42,016 bases of DNA, from assembly GCA_035514415.1 (NCBI GenBank), contig DATKBC010000009.1, forward strand, positions 1 to 42,016. Direction: 5' to 3'. How positions within the stretch are numbered: position 1 is the first letter of the stretch; every line of letters begins with the position of its first letter. Of the stretch, positions 26,309-33,936 are shown piece after piece. Origin of the DNA: Pleomorphomonadaceae bacterium. GTDB lineage: Bacteria; Chloroflexota; Limnocylindria; QHBO01. The notes below the pieces were generated by a model. It searched no databases. It was not told where the DNA came from and saw only the letters and a list, made by a program, of their open reading frames with translations. Made by a program: the position numbers and the translations under genes.

Positions 26309-26324
26309 TGTCACCCAGTTGACA
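26309..26324. promoter_or_regulatory. Crp/Fnr-like palindrome TGTCA-N6-TGACA, overlapping a perfect TTGACA -35-like hexamer (26319-26324)
   Basis: Read directly: tgtcacccagttgaca. It lies 16 nt after the crp-family stop and 111 nt before the ATG at 26435. Confidence 0.4.
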
Positions 26325-26434
26325 GCCGGACTGTCGCCCGGGTGATCGTGAGGTCGGGGAAAGCTAACCTAACGTCAGGCCCGAGATTCCGGGCCATTCG
26401 GTCCGGGAAGAGTATCGGGAGGCACCAGTCAACA

Positions 26435-26839
26435 ATGGACAAGAACATCAGAGTCCGGGGCAAGATCTCCGGGGACGACGACGTCGAGGGCCACGCCCAT
26501 ACGCGGGCAGCCGCCGAGGCCGTCACGCGGGTCAACACCAAGGCCCGCAAGCGCGAGACCGGTGACGACACCGAGGGCCACGCCCACAAGCGGGCCAACG
26601 TGAAGGCCGTCACGCGGGTCAACACCAAGGCGCGCAAGCGCGAGACCGATGACGACACCGAGGGTCACGCGCGCAAGCGGGCCAACGTCAAGGCCGTCAC
26701 GCGGGTCAACACCAAGGCGCGCAAGCGCGAGACCGATGACGACACCGAGGGCCACGCGCGCAAGCGAGCCAACCTGAAGGCCGCAGCGGCCCCCAATGCC
26801 GCGGCAGCCGCGGCAGCCGCGGCAGCCAAGAAGCGGTAA
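26435..26839 (+). CDS. small (134 aa) highly charged tandem-repeat protein with a poly-Ala/Lys tail, function unknown
   Basis: The ATG at 26435 has GGGAGG 12 nt upstream. There are 3.5 in-frame 29-aa repeats of D-D-[TV]-E-G-H-A-[HR]-K-R-A-N-V-K-A-V-T-R-V-N-T-K-A-R-K-R-E-T, and the tail is AAAPNAAAAAAAAAAKKR. A strong hairpin follows the gene. Confidence 0.7.
   Translation: MDKNIRVRGKISGDDDVEGHAHTRAAAEAVTRVNTKARKRETGDDTEGHAHKRANVKAVTRVNTKARKRETDDDTEGHARKRANVKAVTRVNTKARKRETDDDTEGHARKRANLKAAAAPNAAAAAAAAAAKKR
26474..26782 (+). repeat. 87-bp tandem repeat, 3.5 copies (26474, 26561, 26648, partial from 26735); followed by a 9-bp GCCGCGGCA x3 microrepeat at 26798-26824
   Basis: Copies 2 and 3 differ at only about six positions by eye. 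Copy 1 diverges in its middle. The period is an exact multiple of 3 and is in frame with the CDS. Confidence 0.9.
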
Positions 26840-26857
26840 CGCAAGCTTCCCGAGCAG

Positions 26858-26889
26858 GTAAGGCGGCGGGGCTCTCCCCGCCGCCTTAC
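26858..26889 (+). terminator. perfect 14-bp GC-rich hairpin with a 4-nt loop (intrinsic-terminator-like, no U tract)
   Basis: gtaaggcggcgggg-ctct-ccccgccgccttac, starting 19 nt after the stop of the repeat-protein gene. Confidence 0.6.
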
Positions 26890-26900
26890 GCTATGCCCCG

Positions 26901-27695
26901 ATGACCAGGGAGCCCGCTCCGGAGTCGCTCGCGCAGGCCCTGGCCATCGTCCGCGCCGGGGCGGAACGCGCCGCAGTTGCAGGACGGTTGCACCCCGACG
27001 GGGAGCAGCGACTTCTGCAGTCGATCGTCGACGCCACGGTTCGACTCTTCGACGCGGAGGCGGCATCCATCGCCCTCTTCGAGCGCGATCCGGATCGGCT
27101 CGAATTTCGGGTTGCGGCCGGTCCGCAGGGGGCGGGCGCCGTCGGCAAGAGCGTCAAACCCAGCCAGGGCGTCGCCGGGTTCGTGTTCTCGACCGGGCAG
27201 GCGCTGGCCCTCTCCGACGTGGCCTCGGATCCGCGCTTCGATCGCAAGACCGCCGAGAAGACCGGCTACGTGCCGCGCTCGATCGCCGCAGTCCCGCTCA
27301 GCGACGATGAGGGCACACACGGCGTGCTGCAGGTCCTCGACAAGCGGGGCTCGGCGACGTTCGACCTGCGCGACATGGAGCTGCTGGGGGTCTTCGCCTC
27401 CCAGGCCGCAACCGCCATCGCCGTCACGCGCGCCCAGCGCGAACTGCCACGTCTCCTGCGCTCCGCGTTCGACCGCGCCGGCAGCGGAGGGCTGAGCGAG
27501 GAGCAGCTCGCGGCCCTGGTGAGTGCCGCGTCAGCCGACCTGGACCTGGAGGACGACTCGCCGTACTGGCGCCTGGCGGACCAGGTGGCCCGGCTGCGTC
27601 AGCTCGGCGGGCCGGAGATGAGCCTGGTCAGCGACATCCTGGCCGCGGTCGCGGCCCACGCCGCCGCCAGCCGCGGACGCTCTCGCCGGCGGTAG
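26901..27695 (+). CDS. GAF domain-containing protein with a helical C-terminal extension
   Basis: GAF-type blocks LLQSIVDATVRLFDAEAASIALFE, GVAGFVFSTGQALALSDVASDPRF, RSIAAVPLSDDEGTHGVLQVLDKR. No signal peptide or TM segment. Confidence 0.8.
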   Translation: MTREPAPESLAQALAIVRAGAERAAVAGRLHPDGEQRLLQSIVDATVRLFDAEAASIALFERDPDRLEFRVAAGPQGAGAVGKSVKPSQGVAGFVFSTGQALALSDVASDPRFDRKTAEKTGYVPRSIAAVPLSDDEGTHGVLQVLDKRGSATFDLRDMELLGVFASQAATAIAVTRAQRELPRLLRSAFDRAGSGGLSEEQLAALVSAASADLDLEDDSPYWRLADQVARLRQLGGPEMSLVSDILAAVAAHAAASRGRSRRR

Positions 27696-27702
27696 CCGGA
27701 AG

Positions 27703-28554
27703 ATGTCAGTCGACCTGGAGGACCTCCCCGCCTGGGCCGAGCCCTTCGCGGCGGCCGACCGGCTCGCCCGCCGCGCCGGCCTGCGGCGCATCGACCGGGC
27801 GTGGGCCTGGGGCGGGGCCACCGGCAAGGGTGTCCGGGTGGCCATCATCGACAGCGGCGTCGAGGGCGACCATCCGTGGGTCGAGGGCCGGCTGGTCGAG
27901 AGCGTGGCGGTTCGCATCGACAAGAGCGGGGATGCGGAGATCGTGCCCGACGAACCCACCGACCTGTACGGCCATGGGACCGCGTGCGCGGGCATCATCG
28001 TCGGCCTCGCGCCCCAGGTCGAGATCGTCTCGGTCCGGGTCCTGAACGAGGAGCTGAAGGGCAAGGGGGCCGCGTTCGTGGAAGGCCTGTCGTGGGCCAT
28101 CGAGCGCGGAGTGCAGGTCGCGAACCTGAGTCTGTCCTCCAAGAGCGAGGCGCTGTACCCGGTCTTCCACGAGCTGGCGGACGAGGCCTATTTCCGCAAC
28201 GTCATGCTGGTCAGCGCCGCCAACAACGTGAACGTGGCGTCGTACCCGTCGCTGTTCAGCAGTGTCGTCTCGGTGGCCGCACATGGCGAGCCCGACCCGT
28301 GGCGCCTGTACTACAACCCGAAGCCGCCGGTCGAGTTCGGAGCCTGGGGCGTGGATGTCCCGATCGCGTGGAAGGACGGGACCGAGACGGTGGCCACCGG
28401 CAACTCCTTCGCTGCTCCCCACGTGGCGGCCATGGCGGCCCTCATCGTGTCCAAGCACCCGCGGCTGACCCCGTTCGAGCTGAAGGCCATCCTGGCCGCC
28501 GTAGCCGATAACCCGCGTCCCGCAGCGCGCCGCACGCGCCGGACGCCCGGCTAG
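27703..28554 (+). CDS. S8 (subtilisin-family) serine peptidase, minimal and apparently cytoplasmic
   Basis: Triad blocks in D-H-S order: VAIIDSGV, HGTACAGII, GNSFAAPHVAAMAALI. Oxyanion-region SAANN. 283 aa with an acidic N-terminus and no signal peptide or propeptide. Lies 7 nt after the GAF gene. Confidence 0.85.
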   Translation: MSVDLEDLPAWAEPFAAADRLARRAGLRRIDRAWAWGGATGKGVRVAIIDSGVEGDHPWVEGRLVESVAVRIDKSGDAEIVPDEPTDLYGHGTACAGIIVGLAPQVEIVSVRVLNEELKGKGAAFVEGLSWAIERGVQVANLSLSSKSEALYPVFHELADEAYFRNVMLVSAANNVNVASYPSLFSSVVSVAAHGEPDPWRLYYNPKPPVEFGAWGVDVPIAWKDGTETVATGNSFAAPHVAAMAALIVSKHPRLTPFELKAILAAVADNPRPAARRTRRTPG

Positions 28555-28569
28555 CGACCGCCCTGGCGG

Positions 28570-28597
28570 TATCGGTCAGGCCATCGTCGGACCGATA
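28570..28597. promoter_or_regulatory. 8-bp perfect inverted repeat TATCGGTC-N12-GACCGATA overlapping a TAGAAT -10-like hexamer (28596-28601)
   Basis: Read directly. It lies 40 nt upstream of the GTG start of the homogentisate dioxygenase gene. Confidence 0.35.
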
Positions 28598-28636
28598 GAA
28601 TGACCGGGCCCACCCTGCCAGCCAGGAGCCCGGCCC

Positions 28637-29854
28637 GTGTTCTACGTCCAGCGCGGCCAGGTGCCGCCCAAGCGCCACACCCAGTTCCGCAAGCCGGACG
28701 GCACGCTGTACGCCGAGGAGCTGTTCGGGGTGGAGGGCTTCACCGGGCGGGCGTCGCTCCTGTACCACCACACGCCGCCCACCCGCACGCACCGGATGGA
28801 GAAGGTGCGCGACGTCGCGCTGGAAGCGTGGGAGGACGCCCCACATCGCCACCACCTGGTCAACACCAAGGACGTCGAGCCGGGCGGGGACGCCGTTTCG
28901 GGTCGACTCCCACTGTTCTTCAACGCCGACGTCGTGTTTGGGGTGGTTCGTCCCGCCGAGCCGATGACCCGCTTCTACCGCAACGGGGAGGCGGACGAGA
29001 TGCTGTTCGTGCACGAGGGGCACGGCACCCTGGAGACCATCTTCGGCCCCATCCCCTACCGGCCCGGCGACTACCTCGTCATTCCCATCGGGACCACCTA
29101 CCGTGTCGTCCCCGCCCAGGACGAGGCCCAGCGCATGCTGTGGCTCGAGTGCCCGACCAACCTCGAGCCGCCGAGACGGTATCGGAACGAGTACGGGCAG
29201 CTGCTCGAGCACTCGCCGTATGCGGAGCGCGACATCCGACCCCCGGCCGAGATGGATGCCAACACCGAGAGCGGCGAGTTCGTGGTCGAGGTCAAGACTC
29301 GCGGCCGGGTCACCGCCTACCACTTCACCCACCACCCGTTCGACCTGGTCGGCTGGGACGGGTTCCTCTACCCGTACGCCTTCAACATCGAGGACTTCGA
29401 GCCCATCACCGGGCGCATCCACCAGCCGCCGCCGGTGCACCAGACCTTCCAGGCCCGGAACTTCGTGGTGTGCTCGTTCGTGCCGCGCAAGTTCGACTAT
29501 CACCCGCTCGCCATCCCGGCTCCCTACAACCACTCGAACATCAACTCCGATGAGGTCATCTATTACGTGGCCGGCAACTTCATGAGTCGTCGGGGCGTGG
29601 ACATCAGCTCGTTCACGGTCCATCCGGCGGGAATCCCCCACGGGCCGCACCCGGGGACCGTGGAGGCGTCCATCGGCAAGGAAGCCACCGAGGAGCTGGC
29701 GGTCATGATCGACACCTTCCACCCGCTCCATCTCTCGCGGCAGGCGGCTGCGCTCGACGACCCCGCCTACCCGTTCAGCTGGCTGCCGCCCAAGGATGCC
29801 GAGGCCGAAGCCCGCGAGCTGGCGGACCGGGGCCCCGAGGCGTTCCCGGACTGA
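28637..29854 (+). CDS. hmgA: homogentisate 1,2-dioxygenase
   Basis: 405 aa. Blocks YVQRGQVPPKRHTQF, EELFGVEGFTGRASLLYH, NSDEVIYYVAGNFMSRRG, HPAGIPHGPHPG (short bacterial HGD type). Confidence 0.85.
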   Translation: MFYVQRGQVPPKRHTQFRKPDGTLYAEELFGVEGFTGRASLLYHHTPPTRTHRMEKVRDVALEAWEDAPHRHHLVNTKDVEPGGDAVSGRLPLFFNADVVFGVVRPAEPMTRFYRNGEADEMLFVHEGHGTLETIFGPIPYRPGDYLVIPIGTTYRVVPAQDEAQRMLWLECPTNLEPPRRYRNEYGQLLEHSPYAERDIRPPAEMDANTESGEFVVEVKTRGRVTAYHFTHHPFDLVGWDGFLYPYAFNIEDFEPITGRIHQPPPVHQTFQARNFVVCSFVPRKFDYHPLAIPAPYNHSNINSDEVIYYVAGNFMSRRGVDISSFTVHPAGIPHGPHPGTVEASIGKEATEELAVMIDTFHPLHLSRQAAALDDPAYPFSWLPPKDAEAEARELADRGPEAFPD

Positions 29855-29880
29855 GCCGGCGGCCCCACGAGCCCCGCGCC

Positions 29881-30363
29881 GTGATCCTGTATTTCTTGCG
29901 CCACGGCAAGGCCGGGGAGTACCGAGCTGGCGATCCGACCGACGACGCCCGCGAGCTGACCGATGCCGGGGTAGCCGAGCTTCAGGCCGCCGCACCCCTC
30001 TGGCGCCGGCTGAACCTGCGCCCGGATCTGGTTCTCAGCTCCCCGCTGCCGCGCGCGCTCCAGACCGCGGACCTGTTCGTCGAGGGCGTCGGCCTGACCA
30101 GACGGCCGTTGGCCGATGACCGGCTGCGGCCGGGGGCCGAATGGCCCGACATGGCGCGCGCCATGACCGCTGACCGCGATGCACGGCGGGTGATGTTCGT
30201 GGGACACGAACCAGACCTCTCGGCGGCGGTAACGCTGCTCACCGGCGCGCGGGCAGTCCGCCTGCGCACGGGTGGCGTCGCCTGCGTCGAATTCCCGGGC
30301 ATCCCGGAGCCAGCGGCCGGTGAGCTGGCCTGGTTGCTCGACCCGGACCTGTACGTGGAATGA
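29881..30363 (+). CDS. sixA: histidine phosphatase family protein, SixA-like
   Basis: N-terminal RHG motif (ILYFLRHGKAG), later VGHEPDL, about 160 aa. GTG start. Confidence 0.7.
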   Translation: MILYFLRHGKAGEYRAGDPTDDARELTDAGVAELQAAAPLWRRLNLRPDLVLSSPLPRALQTADLFVEGVGLTRRPLADDRLRPGAEWPDMARAMTADRDARRVMFVGHEPDLSAAVTLLTGARAVRLRTGGVACVEFPGIPEPAAGELAWLLDPDLYVE

Positions 30364-30376
30364 GCTGAGGAACGGC

Positions 30377-30733
30377 ATGAACGGCATCCAGATCTATCGC
30401 TTCGACGACGCGGACGAGGCGCGCGTCTTTGACCTCGGCCGGTTCGACCTGATCCGCGCAGCGGGGGTGACCATCGGCCGCGCCGAATACGAGCCCGGGT
30501 GGCGATGGTCCGAGCATGTCGGCAAGGCAATCGGTCAGAGCCTTTGTCCTACCCCGCATTTTGGGATGGTGCTGTCCGGCCGCAACCGCGTCGAGATGGC
30601 AGACGGCACCTTCGTCGACCTTGGGCCGGGCGACATTTTCGAAATCGGCCCCGGGCACGACAGCTGGGTGCTCGGAGACGAGACGTATGTCTCGCTGCAC
30701 TTCCTCGGCGCGGAGGCCTACGGCACCCGCTGA
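30377..30733 (+). CDS. cupin domain protein
   Basis: The ATG at 30377 is in frame with track ORF 30272-30733 and is preceded by GAGGAA. The beta-barrel style sequence includes GRAEYEPGWRWSEH, PHFGMVLSGR and GDIFEIGPGHDSWV. Confidence 0.6.
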   Translation: MNGIQIYRFDDADEARVFDLGRFDLIRAAGVTIGRAEYEPGWRWSEHVGKAIGQSLCPTPHFGMVLSGRNRVEMADGTFVDLGPGDIFEIGPGHDSWVLGDETYVSLHFLGAEAYGTR

Positions 30734-30752
30734 CCGACGTGGGTCGTCGGGC

Positions 30753-31787
30753 CTAGCCCGGGACGACCACCACTTTGCCGAAGGCTCGGCGCGCATCCAG
30801 GTGCTCCTGCGCGGCCCGCGTCTCGGCCAGCGGGAACGTGCGGTCGATGACCGCCTCCACCCGACCTGCCTGGATGAGGTCCAGCACGCCCGCCATATCG
30901 GATCGTGTTGCGCCCATGGAACCCAGGATCGTGAACTGGCGCCAGAACAGGTTCCACAGGTCGGTTTCGGCCATCCGCCCCGTCAGCCCACCGCAGGTCA
31001 CGACCCGGCCCCCGGTTCGGAGGCTGGCCAGGCTGTGGCGCCAGGTTGCCGGACCGATGTGCTCGAACACGACGTCCACCCCGCGGCCGTCGGTGATGCG
31101 CATCACCTCCAGCTCGAACCGGGGTTTCTCGGCATGGTTGATGACGTGGGTCGCACCCAGTTCGCGCGCCTTGGCCAGCTTGTCGGCCGAGCCGGCGGTC
31201 GCGATCACCGTGAGGCCCAACTCACGGGCGATCTGGATTGCCGCGCTCCCGATTCCCGAGCCGGCGGCCAGGACCAGCACCCATTCACCGGGCTGGACCT
31301 GGGCACGGCTGACGAGCATGTGCCAGGCGGTGCCGAAGGCGGCGGGCAGGGCGGCGGCCTGGGCATCGTTGATCCGATCCGGGGTCCGCACCAGGCAGCT
31401 GGCCGGCGCGGTCACGTACTCGGCGAAGCCGCCGTCGCGACTGAGCCCGATGATCTGGCGGTTCTCACACAGGTTTTCGCGGCCATCGCGGCAGTACGAG
31501 CACGTCCCGTCCGCGGTGAAGGCCAGCACGATGACCCGCTCCCCGACCGTCCAGCCGCTGACCGCCGAACCGAGGGCGGCGATCTCCCCGGCCGGCTCCA
31601 ACCCTCCGATGTGCGGGAGGGGGGCGCGCATGCCGTTGCTGCCCTCGCGGACGTGCAGGTCGAGATGGTTGAGCCCGCAGGCGCCGACCCGCACCAGGAT
31701 CTCGTCGGGCCCCGGGACCGGATCCGGCACGTCCTCGTAAGACAGGACCTCAGGACCCCCACGCCGGCGGAAGATGACTGCTTTCAT
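30753..31787 (-). CDS. zinc-type alcohol dehydrogenase / quinone oxidoreductase (MDR superfamily)
   Basis: Starts at MKAVIFRRRGGPEVL (ATG at 31787). Contains GLEPAGEI, the CSYCRDGRENLC structural-zinc style motif and the Rossmann LVLAAGSGIGSAAIQ. The rest of track ORF 30753-32723 is antisense to fabF. Confidence 0.85.
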   Translation of the reverse strand: MKAVIFRRRGGPEVLSYEDVPDPVPGPDEILVRVGACGLNHLDLHVREGSNGMRAPLPHIGGLEPAGEIAALGSAVSGWTVGERVIVLAFTADGTCSYCRDGRENLCENRQIIGLSRDGGFAEYVTAPASCLVRTPDRINDAQAAALPAAFGTAWHMLVSRAQVQPGEWVLVLAAGSGIGSAAIQIARELGLTVIATAGSADKLAKARELGATHVINHAEKPRFELEVMRITDGRGVDVVFEHIGPATWRHSLASLRTGGRVVTCGGLTGRMAETDLWNLFWRQFTILGSMGATRSDMAGVLDLIQAGRVEAVIDRTFPLAETRAAQEHLDARRAFGKVVVVPG

Positions 31788-31815
31788 CGGTCTCGCTCCA
31801 TAATCGGGCCCGAGT

Positions 31816-33072
31816 ATGCCAGCCGAGTCGTCCAGCGCACCGCGGATCGTCATCACCGGGATGGGTGCCATCACCCCGCTCGGCAACGATGTGGCCAGCC
31901 TCTGGCGCAACCTGCTGGCGGGAACATCGGTCGCCCGCGCCATCGACCGATTCGACACGTCCCGCTTCCGCACCCGCTTCGCGGCCGAGGTCGTCGACTT
32001 CGACCCCACCGCCTGGATGGATCCCAAGGACGCCCGGCGCGCTGACCGCGTCATCCAGTTTGCGATGGCCACCTCCGCCCAGGCCCTTGAGCAGGCCGGG
32101 CTTCGCGCGGAGGGTGACCTGGCCGATGAGGTCGGGGTCCTGATCGGGACAGGGATCGGCGGGCTGACCAGCCTGGACGAAGCCGCCCGCGTCATGCGTG
32201 AGGACGGGCCCGATCGGGTCACCCCCATGACCGCCGTCAACATGCTGCCCGACATGGCGTCAGGACAGGTGGCCATCCAGTTCGGGCTGCGCGGGGTGAA
32301 CTTCTGCGTCGTCTCGGCGTGCGCCACCGGCACCAACGCGGTCGGGGAGGCGGCCGAGATCATCAAGCGTGGCGACGCGGTGGCCATGGTGGTGGGCGGC
32401 ACCGAGGCGCCGGTCACTCCGCTGGCCCTGGCCGCGTTCCACCGCACCGGATCGCTGTCCACCCGCAATGACGACCCGACCCACGCCTCACGGCCGTTCG
32501 ACCGGGACCGCGACGGGTTCGTGGTCGGCGAGGGCGCAGGCGGCCTGGTGCTGGAACGCCTCGACTTCGCGCTGGAGCGCGGGGCAATCCCACTGGCCGA
32601 GGTGGTCGGGTACGGCAACGCGGCCGATGCATTCCACGTCAGCGCCCCGGAGCCGGAAGGCCGGGGAGCCGCGCGCTCGATGTCGCGCGCCATGGCCAAG
32701 GCGGGCCTCGCGCCGGAGGACATCGACTACATCAACGCCCACGGCACCGGCACGCCCCTCAACGACCGCAGCGAGACGAGGGCCATCAAGCTGGCCATGG
32801 GCGACCACGCCTATCGGGTGCCGATCAGCTCAACCAAGTCCATGACCGGGCACATGCTGGGGGCGGCCGGGGTGGTGGAGGCGGTCGTCTGCGTGCAGGC
32901 CATGAAGGAGGGAGTCATTCCTCCCACCATCAACTACGAGAACCCCGATCCCGACTGTGACCTCGACTACGTCCCCAACCAGGCACGCAAGGTCCCGGTC
33001 CGGACCGCGATGTCGAACTCATTCGGTTTCGGCGGGCACAACGCCACGATCATCCTGCGCGACTACCCCTGA
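31816..33072 (+). CDS. fabF: beta-ketoacyl-ACP synthase II
   Basis: 418 aa. Blocks RIVITGMGAITPLG, active-site VVSACATG, INAHGTGTPLND, NSFGFGGHNATI. Confidence 0.92.
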   Translation: MPAESSSAPRIVITGMGAITPLGNDVASLWRNLLAGTSVARAIDRFDTSRFRTRFAAEVVDFDPTAWMDPKDARRADRVIQFAMATSAQALEQAGLRAEGDLADEVGVLIGTGIGGLTSLDEAARVMREDGPDRVTPMTAVNMLPDMASGQVAIQFGLRGVNFCVVSACATGTNAVGEAAEIIKRGDAVAMVVGGTEAPVTPLALAAFHRTGSLSTRNDDPTHASRPFDRDRDGFVVGEGAGGLVLERLDFALERGAIPLAEVVGYGNAADAFHVSAPEPEGRGAARSMSRAMAKAGLAPEDIDYINAHGTGTPLNDRSETRAIKLAMGDHAYRVPISSTKSMTGHMLGAAGVVEAVVCVQAMKEGVIPPTINYENPDPDCDLDYVPNQARKVPVRTAMSNSFGFGGHNATIILRDYP

Positions 33073-33074
33073 CC

Positions 33075-33890
33075 CTAGCCGGCTGGTTCCTGGGCGGAGC
33101 TCTCTCCGGCGCCGATGCCCAGGGCGTGGAACCCGCCGTCCACGTGGATCAGCTCCCCGGTAGTGAGGGGTGCCCAGTCGCTGAGCAGGAAGCAGACCAT
33201 GCGCCCGACGGGCATGGAGTCGTTCACGTCCCAGCCCAACGGGGCGCGGTCGCCCCATCGCCCGGCGATGAGGTCAAAGCCGGGGATGTTCTTGCCGGCC
33301 ATGGAGCGGATTGGGCCCGCGGACACGGTGTTGACCCGGATGTGGTGTTGGCCCAAGTCGCGGGCCAGGTAGCGGGTGATCGATTCCAGGGCGGCCTTGG
33401 CCACGCCCATCCAGTCGTAGATCGGCCACGCAAACCGGGCGTCGAAGTCCAGGCTCACGACCGATGCCCCGCCGGACGCCCCGGAGACCTTCAGCAGGGG
33501 CAGCATCCCGGCGGTCAGGGCCTTCAACGAGAACGCGCTGGTCTGAAAGGTGATCGCGGCGCTCTCCCAAGGCGTGTCCAGGAACCCACCCCCCATCGCA
33601 TCCTGGGGCGCATACCCGATGGCGTGCAACAGACCGTCCAGCCGCCCCCAGCGGCGCTCCAGGTCGGCAGCCACGGCCGCGATATGAGCGTCGTCGTTGA
33701 CGTCCATCTCGAGCACGTCCGGCACCGGGTCGAGCCGGCGCGCGATCCGCTGGGTCAGGCTCATGGCCCGCCCCACCCCGGTCAGCACGATCTCGGCCCC
33801 CGCCTCCTGGGCAACCCGTGCACAGGAGAACGCGATCGAGTCATCGGTCAGCACGCCGGTCACCAGGATCTTCTTGCCCGCCAGCAGCAT
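33075..33890 (-). CDS. fabI: enoyl-ACP reductase (NADH), FabI/InhA type
   Basis: Blocks LAGKKILVTGV..DSIAF, YDWMGVAKAALES, RVNTVSAGPIRSMA. Convergent with fabF, with a 2-nt gap. Confidence 0.88.
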   Translation of the reverse strand: MLLAGKKILVTGVLTDDSIAFSCARVAQEAGAEIVLTGVGRAMSLTQRIARRLDPVPDVLEMDVNDDAHIAAVAADLERRWGRLDGLLHAIGYAPQDAMGGGFLDTPWESAAITFQTSAFSLKALTAGMLPLLKVSGASGGASVVSLDFDARFAWPIYDWMGVAKAALESITRYLARDLGQHHIRVNTVSAGPIRSMAGKNIPGFDLIAGRWGDRAPLGWDVNDSMPVGRMVCFLLSDWAPLTTGELIHVDGGFHALGIGAGESSAQEPAG

Positions 33891-33936
33891 GCGGCGGATT
33901 GTACCGGCCGCCGGAACGGCTACCCTGACCCGACCG

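Noticed and set aside
26311-26658. Antisense ORFs across the 87-bp repeats (26311-26658, 26429-26755, 26665-27066), which are also repetitive.
   Set aside because: Any tandem repeat with a period divisible by 3 yields repetitive ORFs in all frames. Only the plus-strand frame has an SD, a sensible start and a downstream terminator hairpin. This remains worth testing experimentally.
26474-26782. Whether the tandem repeats could be a CRISPR array or a non-coding satellite.
   Set aside because: The copies are directly abutting with no spacers. The period of 87 nt equals 29 codons and is in frame with an ORF. No cas genes are nearby.
28442-29995. 517-aa minus-strand ORF antisense to homogentisate dioxygenase.
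   Set aside because: Shadow ORF; the plus-strand HGD motifs are decisive.
31788-32723. Upstream 312 codons of the 656-aa track ORF 30753-32723.
   Set aside because: This part is antisense to fabF and is Ser/Ala/Arg/Pro-rich. The dehydrogenase clearly starts at MKAVIF (31787).
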